Shown in pieces: positions 25,136-39,618 of a DNA stretch of 64,000 bases (position 1 is the stretch's first letter; every line of letters begins with the position of its first letter). This stretch comes from Calcarisporiella thermophila CBS 279.70. Taxonomy: Eukaryota; Fungi; Calcarisporiellomycota. The translations under genes and the position numbers were made by a program. The notes beneath the pieces were generated by a model, which had not been told where the DNA came from, ran no database searches, and saw only the letters and a program-made list of their open reading frames with translations. Location: NCBI RefSeq assembly GCF_041956535.1, contig NW_027192231.1, forward strand, positions 37,203-101,202, written 5' to 3'.

Positions 25136-26349
25136 ATGCACTTGTCTCTCACCCTTTATTTCATTTTTTCACTCCTTGCCTCCAGCATCAGGGTAGGTGC
25201 CACCGGTCTTCGTAGAGGAAATTTCGGAGCCTTCTGGACGGAGCTTGTCGATTCCATCACAAGACTTTACAATCCTAAGCTGAACAGCCAAGTCAAGCTA
25301 TCTCTTCTGGAGCCCGACAATTCCATCCTCTTCCCCAATTTTACCCCAGATCCATCTCCAGCCGGTAACTATCTCCGCAATGCTCTCGCCTCGATCCCGA
25401 CCTCCGGCCACTATTACCTCACCCAGCCGCAGCTCTATGCTCTCCAAAAATATGCAAAGCTGGCCGCAATATCCCACTGCAAGGACCTTCGGCCGGGTCC
25501 GTTTTCCTGCAGAGCGTTCTGTGAGGATTTCCACAACGTATCCACCATTCAGCAGGTGTGGGACACCGAGTCCGAAACGAGAGGTTATATTGCGCGGGAT
25601 GACGCGCGACGCACCCTTGTCGTCTCATTCAGCGGTGCTAATACCTGGATGGCTAAGTTGTACGATGTTACTGCTGTGAAGATGCCGTATCCACACGCGG
25701 GCATTAGTCGGATGGAAATTCACACGGGTGAGTGACAAGATCGCAAGTGGGAACGAACATAAATCTGGTTTGGCTGACCTCGTTTTCTAGGACTGGTGAC
25801 GGCCTACTCCATTTTCCGTGAGGGCATACTGTCCACCATTGTCGACCAGCTCCATCGCTACCCCGACTATGCCGTAGAGCTGATTGGATATAGCATGGGC
25901 GCCGCCTTCAGTATCATGTTAGCTATTGACCTCTTCGAAACATACCCAAACTTCGATTCCAAGCGGGTTGCCGTCGTCACCTTTGGTGAGATGCGGTTTG
26001 GAAATAGAGAATATGCAGACTACGTCGACTCTTACGGGGTACTCATAAAGCGCATCGTGAACAAGCGAGACTGTTTCCCAAATGTACTGAAGATGTCTCA
26101 AGGTTATCGTGTAAGCATAAACGCTTATCTCTTAAAGATTAACACTTGTAGCCGGTCATTCTTATTCTACCCGTGTAATTCTCCTTATAGCATCATTCAC
26201 AAGAGCTGTGGGTAAAGCCAGGGCCTGGGATTGAAACCATGACATGCGAAGGGCAGGAGGATCCTCAGTGCTCCAATTCAATTTCTTTTTCTGAATCGGA
26301 CTACAAGGATCATTTCGTGTACTATGGCATCGATATGCGAGCATGTTGA
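25136..26349 (+). CDS. Secreted class 3 (fungal triacylglycerol) lipase, 3 exons
   Basis: Signal peptide, RGYIARDD...LVVSFSG, IHTG, nucleophile elbow GYSMG, VTFGEMRFGN, RIVNKRD (Asp) and DHFVYYG (His). Confidence 0.88.
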
Positions 26350-26689
26350 AATATTATTTAATGTATTTCCTGTCACCTTTCTTTCTAGTTGTAATGCTTC
26401 TAACTTAATTATCGAGAGAGGATTCATGTTAACTAAAGCTTCATGAGAAAGGTAAAATGATTTGGCTACAAGCAGAGGTGTCAGAGGGGAGTCGTTAGCT
26501 AGGCTTGTCGGGGCATTGTTACTTATACATATAGATAAATTGAGTTATTCCAGGGATGGATATATGTAGCTGTTGTAATCACCTAGGATTGAAATCCGTC
26601 ATCGGTGTGACGTTTCGTGTAGTATTTTCTGATATTAGACATTTTGAAAATACAATAGCCATACTCTTTTTCCCGTCTTTTCACTCATA

Positions 26690-29625
26690 ATGGGGAGCAA
26701 GAAACGCAAGGCGGAACTCGAAATTCCCATTGCCGATGAAAACGAAGAGAGTTTTCTTCGTATTACGCCTTTGGGTGCAGGTAACGAGGTGGGTCGATCG
26801 TGTATCGTCATGGAGTATAAAGGCAAAACAGTCATGGTACAGTATCATGTTTCGAATTTTCTCATTTCTTTTCTTCGATCTTTTCTCCTATTGCGATGGC
26901 GAGAGCCACTGTATCCCCTTCAACCTAATAAAAGAGTCCTGTTACTGATATATCTTTTCAATTCTCTTCATATAATCGTGTTAAAACATACATCAGCTCG
27001 ATGCTGGCATTCACCCAGCCTACAACGGGTTAGCGGGCCTTCCCTTCTACGATGAGGTCGATCCTACCAGTGTGGATGTATTATTAATCACACAGTAAGT
27101 TCTGCCACTAATTCACGAGAGAAAATCCGGTTGTCGTTAAATATCCCGTAGTTTTCACTTAGATCATGCTGCATCGCTGCCCTATTTTATGGAGAAGGTA
27201 GGAAAATGCAAGGCGCATTCCACGTATCCATTGAGAAGAGCCATGGATTGATTTGATTTCTATTTTCTTCTTAGACAATGTTCAAAGGTCGTGTCTTCAT
27301 GACCCATCCCACCAAGGCCATCTATAAATGGATGCTTTCGGATTACGTTCGAGTGAGGTGCGTCATTTGCTGATCCGTTAGATATGTGTGGTTCATCGCT
27401 TTATTTATTTCTATTGTAGCACACTCTCTGTCGAAGAGCAGCTCTACACGGAGCAGGATCTTCTCAGCAGCTGGGAAAAAATCGAGGCCGTCGATTATCA
27501 TGAAGAAATTGAGGTGGACGGGATTCGCTTCACTGCATATAACGCTGGCCACGTCTTAGGAGCAGCTATGTTTCTGATTGAAATTGCCGGCGTCAAAGTC
27601 CTATATACAGGCGATTATTCTCGAGAGGAGGACCGCCACTTAATGGCAGCAGAAAAACCAAGTGTACAGCCGGATGTTTTGATTACAGAGTCCACCTATG
27701 GTGTGCAAAGTCACGAACCGCGTTTGGAAAAAGAGGCACGATTAACAGGTGTGGCATAGAAAGTGGAGGATAAAGGCGAAATATTGAAAACTAAATATGT
27801 TCTCCAACAATAATAATGATAGGGCTGGTGCGTGATATTGTTCAAAGAGGGGGTCGCTGCCTCATGCCAGTATTCGCTCTGGGGCGCGCACAAGAACTCC
27901 TTCTCATCCTCGACGAGTACTGGGAGGCTCACCAAGAGCTCGAACCAATTCCAATCTATTATGCATCCTCTCTGGCTAAAAAATGTATGGCCGTATACCA
28001 GACCTATATCAATATGATGAATACTCGAATCCAGAAACAGTTTGCGGTGAGCAACCCCTTTGTGTTTAAGCATATCAGCAATCTGAAAAACATGGACCAC
28101 TTTGACGACACAGGACCCTGTGTCATGATTGCAAGCCCAGGAATGTTACAGGTATGTTGAGCGTTGTATTTTCCCGTTCGACTCTGGTTGTGAACGTTTA
28201 TTTCGTATATTAGAGTGGATTGTCAAGGGAGTTATTTGAGAGATGGGCTCCGAACAAGAAAAATGGGTTGATCATACCTGGGTATTGCGTGGAGGGTACT
28301 CTAGCACGGGTCAGTATCTCTGTTTGGTCCATCCTGTTGTTGCAGACCGTGCTAACACCATCTTTTCTCTTTTACAGGACGTCCTCAATGAACCCTCAGA
28401 GTTCACGTCTCTAACTGGCGCCAAGATTCCTTTGCGGTGTTCCGTAGACTACATCTCCTTTAGCGCCCACGTGGATTATACTCAAAACTCACAATTTATT
28501 GCCGAGGTGCGGGCGCCCCACGTCATCCTTGTCCACGGCGAGGCCAACACCATGCACCGATTGCGCAATGCATTGCAGAGCAAGTTTGCTGAAAGCGAGG
28601 ACCCCACGAAGATCTACACGCCCAAAAACTGCGAGACGGTGCGACTTCATTTCCGCGGAGAGAAAATGGCGCGCACCGTTGGAGGGCTTGCAGCGCGATA
28701 TCCCGTGGAAGGACAGCTATTGGAAGGAGTACTTGTGAGCAAAGATTACCGCTTTAGCGTGCTCAAGGCCGAGGAATTGCCTGAGTTTACTAGCGGGTTG
28801 CAGACCGCCGTGATGGTGCAACGGCAGCGGATATGGTACACGGGAGGGTGGCCTCTATTACGGTACCATTTGGAGCAGATGTTTGGGGCAGTGGATGAGA
28901 ATTTCAAGGGGTTTGATGGCGATGCAGTGAAGGAAAAAGAGGGTAAAATGGCCAAGAGAAGGATGCGGGTATTTGAAACAGTAGCCATTGAGGAGGCAAA
29001 CAAGAATGAGCTGATCCTCGAGTGGGAAGGCAATTCTATGAACGATATGGTGGCAGATTCAGTCGTAGCCGTTGTGCTGAGCATCGAGAGTAGTCCCGCT
29101 AGTGTCAAACTTACAACCAAACCATGCTCGCACGAACACGACCATGTGAAGGATGAGGTAGAGGAGGAACTAAAAGGCGAAGTGGAAGTGAAGGAAAAGA
29201 AAGAGGAGCACGTGGAGGAAGCCGCGCCAGTGTACGATGGCGATGACAAATCAGAGGAAGAATCTGTCGATGATGACAATATAGATAAGGAGGCTAGCGA
29301 ATTAAAGGATGAAGGGGAAGATAAAAAAGGGCAGGGGGCGGAAGACGAAGAGGAGGCCGAGAGAGATGAGGAGGAACAAAACGTTCGGGAAGTGATGGAA
29401 GATATGGCACGGTTCTTCGAGCAACAGTTTGGGCAAGTTGAAGTCGATCAGGCCACGAGCACAATACGTATCCTGGTGGATGGACAAGAGGCGCGCGTGG
29501 ATTGCCGTAAATTCAAGGTAGAATGTGAATATGATATACTGCGGGGGAGAGCCACAAATGTGATGCAGCGAGTTAGGATGATAAAGCGGTCCCTGAGCAG
29601 AGACCAACTAGTCGAATGTTCTTAA
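26690..29625 (+). CDS. YSH1: CPSF73/Ysh1 pre-mRNA 3'-end processing endonuclease (multi-exon)
   Basis: [23 protein letters not shown] motif (split by an intron), [17 protein letters not shown], beta-CASP region [17 protein letters not shown] and an acidic C-terminal insert. Confidence 0.97.
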
Positions 29626-30124
29626 AATTTGTAGCTTGCATTTTCTTGTACTATTCTCAATAAAAATAAACACACCTGGAATGCTTTGAGAATGGTTTAT
29701 ATTCCGCATCAAATCTAAGAGTATATTGATTGATATGCCAACCAATTTTACTCAAACATCCCAAGTTCCTCTGGGGTTTATTGTTCTAAGAAACAGCTTA
29801 GTTTAGTTCTATGAACAACAATACTAAGCCGAATGCAACACTGCGGCTTACCCACACTGCATAGGATTTATAAGGACTATAAAGATCAGGTAATTTTAAT
29901 GATAATGGCATGAACTAACGTGATTTCCTTTCTTAACCATTTGCATTAAAGCTTCGAATGTTAATTTTTCAATTTGGCTTTATTGTATTTTTTATTTTGG
30001 TTGAGTAGGTTATTTTTTTTAGATCCTATCGCGTTAGTGGTCGTATAAACTTTTAAAAAGCTGTACGTCGCTTTTTTATTTCTGTCAGTTATACTTCATA
30101 CTTACCCTAAGTGAGCAGTTAACA

Positions 30125-31372
30125 ATGTCTTCAGATGACAAGCCCCAATTCAAAAAGGTGTATGATTCGGCCCTATATCAGCCAAAAACTTTTAGAGGAG
30201 ATCTCTTTGAAGATCCAGTCGATTGGATTGATCGTGTTGAGTTTCTCATGGCTTATCATGTATGGTCAGAACAAGAATGCATTAAGAAACTGAGAAATTA
30301 TTGTAAGGATAGGGCTCAAGATTGGTACCTGGAGAATGTACCTGACCCAAATTTGCTTACCTTCAATGATTTCAAGGAAAGATTCCTCAAGAAATTCAGT
30401 TCAAACCTGTTTCTCAGCTGACGTGAAGAACTTGCGGCCCTGGATCAGCAACAGATGCAATCCGAATCCGTGGCAGATCTTGTCCTCGAGCTCTATGACC
30501 TTGCGAGAAAAACCATGATCAAGTCTGAAAAGCAAAAAGTTTCTCATTTCCTCCACGCTCTCAAAGAACCGTACAATCACAAAGTGAGCTCCAAGAAGCC
30601 TAAAACGTTCTTCAGAGCGGTGCAGCTTGCTCTCGATGAAGAAGAGAATGAAATAATGCGAAAACGCGGCAATGAGGATAGAGGCAACCCTCCGCACAAA
30701 GTTTTTTACGCTAAGCCGTACAGTCAGCGAAGAGTAGAGTCTGCTCTGGAAACACAAAGGATCACCGAAACTCATGGTTCGCATATGCTTTCGACGCGTT
30801 CGAAAGATCACATGGATAGAATCGTGAAGAAGTTCAATGAGATTTCTACTGGCCTAATCGACTACTTTCACCACCCTCCATTGAAACCTCCGAAAGTTTG
30901 CCACAAATGCAAGCGGAAGGGCCACACTGACCTCGACTGTATTAAGGGCGGCAGGAATGGGATTATGGCCCAGAGAGCTATGAGCGTTTTGCTTCCAAAA
31001 TGCAGTGTTCGCGTTCTTGGAACCAAAACCTTAGGTGTGCTCTCAACGGGGATGGGAAATTCAGCGATCAGCGTCGAGTTTGCCAACCGCTTAGGATTGG
31101 TGGATGACGAGTTTTTAGCCGAGTATAAAAAGATAAACACTGCAACTCATCTTATTACAAGTCTACCCATTGAAAAGCTTGGAGAAGTAACATATGTTGA
31201 CGCCAAGTTGCTCCCATATTCATTTGATGATCTGGTGCTTGGAACTGACTGGCTCAACAATAATGGTGCTCTCGTTAAGTTATCTGAAGGAAAACTCCAT
31301 CTTCGCAAGAGAGATACCGAGCACATTTTGCCCATCGTATGGGATGAGTATGCTAGTGATGCCGACAATTAA
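30125..31372 (+). other. Solo Ty3/gypsy-derived gag + CCHC knuckle + degenerate aspartic protease gene with one in-frame TGA at 30419-30421 (pseudogene or domesticated gene)
   Basis: Capsid motifs PKTFRG..EDPVDWI, AQDWY, FNDFKERFL and ESVAD. Zinc knuckle CHKCKRKGHTDLDC. Protease-like VLSTG...SAIS..FA.RLGL...DLVLGTDWL. The two track ORFs are in the same frame, and no RT, integrase or LTR is seen. Confidence 0.8.
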
Positions 31373-32070
31373 TTCCTCCAATTTGTGCATTTTTTCTCCC
31401 TGTTTTATCTTATTGAACATAATGAATTCGGAGTGCAGTATTTTATCTTATCATTGCTTGTCCTTGAGTTGCCTAACTCTCCACACTATAGCTATCAAGT
31501 AGCGTGCTCGTTAAGCTAGATCTGCACCACCGTTAAAAATTTTTTTTTGCCGCTCAATTTTATGGCAACTTCCTCAAATGCAACCAGCTTATTTGCTTGG
31601 TAATTGCTTTTATATATGATTTAGGCTAAATGCCTACAAGAATTATGAGCCTTATTAGAGTTAAATATTCTATTATGAACTAATCTCTGCAATTGAAACC
31701 TATACGGGCCAAAGAGCGCCAAGCTCCTAATCTATATGATGATGGACTTGATTGTTATGACTTATCAGATCAAGTAAGCTCTACCTGAGGTGACCCTATG
31801 GTAAAAGGCACGAGCTAGCTTCCCCCTTTTTCTCGAGTGATTGTTCAGAAATGCGCTTCAAAATAACATAGGTAATACGTGTTTGACCAATGCTAAACTA
31901 AAATCACGCTTTTCTCGACACCAGTGTTCACGTTTACGCGATTCAGCTCTACAGACTTGCTGAATAAACCGGGGATAAAAGCGCAATTTTTATTACGAAG
32001 ATAATTTACAATAGAAAATAATTGTTTGTATAAAGAGGAAAAACTGTAAGCTCTACTACTGAGTGTTTAT

Positions 32071-32578
32071 TTATATCTCGTGCTCAGCCAAGAGCATATT
32101 GGGTATCCCGTCTTTGATCGGATAGATGTGACCACAGTTAGGGCAAACCATCTTGCCTTGCATTACGTGAGTCTAAAATATACAATATAGATTATCATCA
32201 AGTCTATTAACATCGAGAAACTAAAGCTGAAAGTCACCTCGAGGAGGATAGAGTGAACTGCCTTCAAAAAATCTTCATTCTCACTAGCATCCTCGGGAAT
32301 GGATGCTGGGAGCGTTGTGATTCCGAGCTGTAGAAGCAAGTACAACATGGATATTAATAAAGCTATTATAAAACGCCGGGTATAGAGAAGTAACTCACTT
32401 CAGCTGCTGTCCGTACAAGTGCATCCCACTCTAGCCTTCCCAAGAAATTCGCCAGAAATTCCGGATTGAACTCGGCCTCTTGAAGTTCAACCTCGACATC
32501 CTCGAATCGTAACGGGAAATTGTTCGCATTACAGCCTTTGGCATGGCATTGGAGCATGTTATGAGTAATGAGCCGCAT
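32071..32578 (-). CDS. TRM112: Trm112 methyltransferase activator (3 exons)
   Basis: [19 protein letters not shown]...[28 protein letters not shown]. Confidence 0.96.
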
Positions 32579-33011
32579 GGTTTGTATTGATATCCAATCT
32601 CGATTAGACAATTCTTTTTCGTACACTTTGTGGCCGTCGAAAAGATAAATATTGTGACTGCCTTCGATATTGAAAGGCTTGTTTATTTTTTTTTTCAAAT
32701 GCGAGTTCTCAAAAGGGTTCTATTAAATGGTTTGTTCTCTTTAAAAATAATAAGATATGAATATTATATAAAATATAACAAAGGAAAAGAGATAAAAAGC
32801 ACTAAGTGTAGAAGTGAAATGTTCCAAACAGACATAGCTCACAGAGAGTAGGAGCATAAGAATAAAGGGGAAATGAGGGTGCATCGAGTCAAATGGAAAA
32901 AATACACACAGAACGTCATCTTCATATTCCCGAGTGGAAAGAAAAACGTTGCTAAGAGAATATATAACAGAATTGTATGTATTTTCTTCTTTCCGATAAA
33001 ACGGTAAGTGT

Positions 33012-34289
33012 TTATAGAAAATAGGTAGGCGCTGGCTTTTTGGCAGGTATTCCTCTTGCATCCTACAAGATGAGTTCAGTATGGTATTCAATGATTAGGT
33101 ATCGGCCAAAAAAGAGGATCCCCAATTACCTGAGGAGCTGCTTCGAAAATTTTATAATTTTTATTCAATGCGTCATCGAGCTCTAGTATAGCCGCTACAT
33201 TCCCGCATCTGTAACAATAATTTGGCGCTGACCAAACCGTCACTATCGTATCGTTGAACATGAGGCGATAACCCTCCATTACCAGCTGGTGGGCGCGAGC
33301 AATAAGTTCAAGATTATTTGTGTGCAAAAACTGAAGATGAAAAAGAGGAGGAAGTTATTATAAGTGCATAAAATGCAAAATAGATTCTAAAAAAAGAAAG
33401 TTACCGCTTGGACAACATCTCCTCCAAAGAGGTAACCTGCTCCACGCGGACTTAAACCCCACCCATCAATCTCGTCTGGATCAGACCATAGCAAGTCGCA
33501 CATTGCCCCATCGTGAGGCACTTCCTGTTTTCTATCAATTGTTCGAATCTAGTGGACCAGAAAAGTCAACCTTGGTGCAGAATAGAAGGAAATCAGGCAT
33601 GCATACCTGATCAAGGGTGTTAATTGAGGGTGAAAGTCCACCGTGTACACAGAAGATGCGATCGTCGATGATAGCTGAGAGCGAAAGGTAGTCAAATATT
33701 TCGCAGCACCAGCGCCACACATTCGCCGAGCCATATTTTCTAACACACTCATCATAAAACCCATAAACCTGTGTAATTTGACGGGACTCATGGTTGCCTC
33801 GAATAAGTGTGATGCGGTCAGGATAGCGAACTTTTAAAGCAAGGAGAAGAAGGAAGGTTTCGACACTATAGAATCCTCGATCCACAAAATCCCCCATGAA
33901 AAGGTAATTAGTGTCGGGGCATTCACCACCGACTTTAAAAAGTTCTTTGAGATCGTAGAATTGGCCGTGAATATCTCCGCATATCTAATAATGAAATCGA
34001 TTGTTAAAAAGGTTTCAGCGAGGCAAAGTCGAACTGTGGGTCATTACCGTTACGGGAGCATCGATTCTTTGTACATTACTTTCCTCAACCAGAATCTCTC
34101 GCGCTTTTTGGCACAGCTCCTTAACCTCGCTCTCCTTGATCAGCTCGCAGCGCCGAAGCTGCTCGATCTGTCTAAAATAGGAAAAAAAAAAATCAATTTA
34201 TAAAAATCACAAGTAGGAAATATCGTGGCAAAACACATCAAAGATGAGAAATAAATGACAACTAACCGATCTAAATCCCCTGTACCCAT
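33012..34289 (-). CDS. PPH3: Protein phosphatase 4 catalytic subunit (multi-exon)
   Basis: [46 protein letters not shown], and C-terminus [14 protein letters not shown]. Confidence 0.93.
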
Positions 34290-34560
34290 TAAAAAAAAAC
34301 AAAAAGGCAAACGACCAGACCAAGATTATAAAGACGTTGCGATGATCAACGGGAGCAAGGAAGAGATAGGGTAATTTGATACATCTCAACCAAATCAGAT
34401 GAGACGAATCAACAAGCCGCATTTTTGACTGCTTTTGGAGTAAAGTATTATCAGGTTCAAAATTCTCTACGTGTTTTCTGAGAGATCATCTGTTCCATAC
34501 TTATCATTATTATCACCTGTAATTAATTTAGAGTTGCAATAGAGCGTGTGCTAGTTCGCC

Positions 34561-37500
34561 ATGGCAGGCGAGCGTTCATCATTTCCCCCCGCACCCCATC
34601 GTGCATCGCTTGTTGGTCAGACATCCACTCAACTCCCACCTCAGTTCACCATTGGCAAGCGCGTTGAAGTGCAGGGCAAACAGGGAACTATTCGATATGT
34701 AGGGACAACTTCATTTGCACCCGGAAATTGGGTCGGTGTTGAACTGGATGAGCCTGCTGGGAAAAATAATGGTGTCGTGCAAGGAAGACGTTATTTTATG
34801 TGCAAAGAGAATTATGGAGTTTTCGTCCGTTCTTCTCAGATCAAAATCGTGGAAGAATCTCTGCAACAGACACCACTAAGACAGCAGGAAAAAGAAAAAG
34901 AGAACATTACAAGTACTTCAGAGAGAAGGCTGAGTATGAGGGCGCAGACGCCCGAGAGACGATTGCCTGCTCGTACTCGTATGTCAATTGGAGGTGCCCC
35001 TCCAACTCTTGAACGGACTGCAGATAGGAGAATGTCAATGGAGCCGAGAGCTGGTCGGGTCACCCCAGTAAGATCTTCTCTTCCTCCACCAGCTCCTTCT
35101 GCTACATCCTCTGCTTTATCCAATTCTTCATCTACTCCTAAATCCCCCGCTTCAATTTCCCCTAAGCCTGCTTCAGTTCCTTCTTCACCTGCACCCGCTA
35201 CTCCTACTCTACCTCAGACCGCTGAATCACCGGACACTTCCGCTTCCAAGAAGGAACAGGAGCAGAAGCAGGAAGAGGTACAGGAAACTGAGGAGGCTCA
35301 AACGAGCTCCTTATATGATATGACTTCTCCCCAAAAATTTGCTCCAGCTACGCCGGTATCTACAAGCGAAAAGGTGTATATAGGATCTGTCAAAATGAAA
35401 TATTTGATCGGTTATTCATATGCTATCATATATTTTTTATTTATTTAGATGGTTCCCTTTAAGGATTATGAGGAACTCCGCATGAAGCTTAAATTCCTTC
35501 AGAACAAACGTGCCGAAGACCGCGAAAAAATTCGCGGAAGTGAACAGACTGTTGAGGAGGCCGAGAAATTGCGCGCTATACATAATAAACTTCAGGCAAA
35601 GCTTAACGAACTTCAGCAAGAATTGCGTGAAACTAAGCATCAGCTTAAAGATGCACTCAATGAGAGTGAGCAGCTGGAAATCAAGTATGGGGAGGCTATG
35701 GATTCGCTTGAGAGCGTGACGCTTGATCGCGAGATGGCGGAAGAGAGGGCGGAAAACTTGCAGCAGGAAGTTGAAGTTTTAAAGGAGCGCCTTGAAGAGA
35801 TGGCTGTGAATCTTGAAGTGTATAAGAAAGAAGCTGGTGGGTACACTATTAAATGCTTTGAAAATCCATTTTTGAATTTTATTTCCTCTTTCTATTGTAG
35901 ATTTGACTAGTCAAGCAGTTTCTTCTGGTGGAGATGAAATTCGTTCAACACTCGAGTTTATACAGCTGGAGAAACAAAATGAGCGACTAAAAGACGCACT
36001 TGTCCGGTATGTTCATAAATATATATGTGTATGTGTATTATAATATTATTTAATGTTCGAAACTTTTTTAGCCTGCGTGATGTTTCTACTGAACAAGAGT
36101 CCGAGTTGAATAAAAAAATACGCCAATTAGAAAAGGATGTTGGGCTCTTGCAAGATTATCAAGGTATCGTATATTGATCATTTGTATTCTTTTCCATTCA
36201 AATTCAATTGACTCTGCGTGATGTAAAGAACAAAACGAAAAGCTCAAGGAATCACTCCAGAATTCAGAAAATCAGATCGAAGATCTGAAAGAACGCCTGG
36301 AGGATGCTTTAGGAGCTGAAGAAATGATTGAGCATCTGACAGAAAAGAATTTAGCACTAGGAGAAGTAAAAGTCTGATTTTAATGTACCATTTTTTTCCG
36401 CTATAACACTCTTATTTCTCTATCAGAAAATTGAAGAAATGCGCAAGACCATTGAGGATTTAGAAGAACTCAAAGAGCTTAACGACCAGTTAGAAGAGGA
36501 TCATGTGGAGAACGAGAAACAGCTGCAGCAGGAAATTGGTATAGTATGGAATACACACCTTTGTTTGCAAATTACTTTAAAATTTATTTGTTCATCGTTA
36601 TAGACCATAAGGATATGCTGCTTCGTGAGCAACAGCAGCGTATCAAATCCCTAGAAGATACAAATGCAGACTATCAGAACACAATCTCACAATTCCGCAA
36701 CCTTGTAGGGAACTTGCAAAGGTTTGGATAATTAATCTATGGCAATTTCCACTGGAATATCTGATTCGAGTCATTGCTTAGTGATCTTAATGAGCTTCGA
36801 CAGAAAGAGCAGCTTCATGTTGAGGAGTCCAAGAACCTCATGAACCAATCGCAGTCGCTGCTAAGCCTAAACATGAAGCTGCAATCAACCGCCCTTAAAG
36901 CCCAGGCAAAGGCAATCGACCTGGAGCTGAGACGATTAGATGCACAACAGGCTACAGAACATTTATCCTATATTCAAGTATGAGCAATTTCATTTATATC
37001 AGTCATTCATATAAAGGTATTTAAATGGTCTTTTCACTAGGCTTACCTGCCCGAGGCATTTTTCAAGACTGAAAATGATTCAATTCGCTGTCTTCTCCTT
37101 TTCGGTCGCCTTGCCTTCAAGGCCGAATTGATCGTGGATCAATGGGACCAGAAGTATAATATCAGCGAAAGACTCTCTACGATGGATATTCCTGAAGAGC
37201 TTGTGAGTGTATGTGAAGCGCGACAGAAAATGGCAATGGTAGCGGATTTGGCGAAAACAATGAGCATATTTGTTGGCCGGTGTTCAACAGATCAATTTTT
37301 AAAGATGGGGCAGGTTTATTTGGATGTGATTGGAACGGAAAGAAAGTAAGCGATAATATTCTGTTCTTTCGCACACATTTTACTAATGCCTCTTAATTTA
37401 ATCAGATTGGACGGCTTTATGAGTCTATTACGAAACGAGGAGTTAAAAGCTTCTGACTGTTGTGCAGATCTACAAAGGTATTCGATTCACTTTTCCTTTA

Positions 37501-39175
37501 GTTGGGACTTTCTACTGATATTTGACATTTTTTAGAATCATTGGTCAACTCTCGCATCTCATTGATCTACACGCCATCGGCTTCAAACAATGTGAACTCC
37601 AGCAGTTATACGGTTATATGCATGCAACAGACTTGCTTGCCGATACGATATCCGTTAACCTCTTGTTTACGAAGCAATATATACAATCGGTTGGGCGCGA
37701 ACAAGGTGGGACAACCGTTTTAATTTTTTCAAGCTCACTTACAAGAAAACTAATCCTCTCGGTTGCTAGAATTAAACATTGGAGAGAATTCTGAGCAGTT
37801 TGAAAACGAATTTATTCAACCGCTCTCCAAGCTTGCCTCTCAAGCAATTTCTGCTAAGGCTATAGCTCGAAAGATCCTTCGTCACATGGATGAAATTCGT
37901 TCTAATTCACTCACCTTCAAACAGGAAGTGACACCACGTTTCAAGGAATCGTACCAAATCTGCCTCAAACTTGCACAATTTGCGCAGCAGATATTCAGCG
38001 GAATACCTCCACTCATTAGTGAATCTAAGCTAGCAGAAAAGCGCATAATTCCATTTGCGCTTATACAGCAACTTGTCTTCAAATGTACGGAGGCTACTCT
38101 CGGAATTGAAGAGAATCTCTTATTTGACGGTGGAGCGAAAATAATATCCGATTTACGAGACGATCTCGGAAAAATCAGTGAAGATATAGTAGATGAGAAT
38201 CAAGTTGAACCCGTCCAGGTTACCGAGGCACCCTGGATTCAGAGAGCGTGCGACTTGAAAGCAGAAACGGTCGTGAATGAGGATATAGAGCGTAAAGTCC
38301 AACTGCTGAACGAAGAGATCATGAAACTGCTGAGAGATATTAAACTCAAGGATCAAGCGTTGCAAGAATCACAAATCAAAATTGAACTTCTACAGAAGCG
38401 ATATGAGACGTTAAAACAACAGGTGGATCTCGCGAACCAAGTACAGAACGACCTCGAGCGCTCCCGTGGGCAGGAGAAGGCATACGAAGAGGCGCTAGAA
38501 ACCTTGCATGCAGACCTGGACAGCCTGGAGAAAGAAAATGCACAGCTTAAACGATTAGCGCAGAAAATAGAGAGTCAGGTGTCATCTCCTGCAGGAAAAC
38601 GCAGGAACGCCATTGACGAATTAAGTGATACATCGGATCCCTCTGTAAGAGAATTCTATGCCTCTCAATTAGAGACCCTCATGACTGCGGTGCGCTATCT
38701 TCGTCAAGAGGCTGCGCAACTCCGTGCACGACAAGTTGCATCCAATCTTCAACTCGATCGGGACCTACTGCAACCTGCGCGTATTTCCAAAAAATCCTCC
38801 CCCTCAAGTAACACATCACCTACCCCCGCCACCCCTACTGCCACCACTGGACTTGGTATCATTGGTGCAGTATTCTCTCCACCGGAGCCACAGCAAGCAG
38901 CGAGTGACGAATGGAATAACTGCAGGCAGGAAACACGCTCCTTACTTCGTGACGCGAGGGAATGGACAGCAAACTTGCGGGTTGTTGATCTGACACTTAG
39001 TGGAGTTTCAGGTGGCGATGTCAAAGAAAGAACTGAGACGACAAAGTGGAAATCATACAAGAAAACCTCAGAATACCAATACAGAGAGCAAAGAGCATTA
39101 TTAAATTCATTCAAAGAACGTCACAGCACAATCAAAGGAAAGCTTCAGCAGTTAGCTACAACCAAATGTTTTTAA
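34561..39175 (+). CDS. DCTN1: Dynactin subunit 1 (p150Glued), multi-exon
   Basis: CAP-Gly domain (WVGVELDEPAGKNNG), Ser/Pro-rich basic region, long coiled coils, and dynactin domain KAQAKAIDLELRRLDAQQA. Confidence 0.95.
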
Positions 39176-39618
39176 TTAGGTACAAATATTTTTGTTATTT
39201 TTTTCTCTCAATTACGAAGCGATTCTTGCAGATTATTTTAAATAAAGATATCCCTTATGAGGTTACTATCACCGGATGTTGAAATTTACCGACTAGTTAA
39301 TTCACGCAATTGGATATTGCCTCACGATTGCTTTTATTAACTACTTAGGATTTTTCTTCTGCCAACAATGCCAATAATAAAGCTTATAAAGTAAAACAAC
39401 AAAGATTACCAAGCGAAATACCAGATATATATTGTTTAAATAACCGACCTCTACCCACACTTTACTCTTTTGTATATCATTTAACGATCACATTATTAAT
39501 CAATAATTAACTAATCAGCAAAAATTACTGCCCTTTATTATTTTTTGACCCGTGTTGGGTCTTTATTCCTAAACAAAACTATTATAATAAGAATTTTGTC
39601 AGTGTAACAAAAAATATC

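Noticed and set aside
30419-30421. In-frame TGA as selenocysteine
   Set aside because: The position is in a gag helix where Trp is plausible and is not a redox motif. No SECIS element was recognised downstream.
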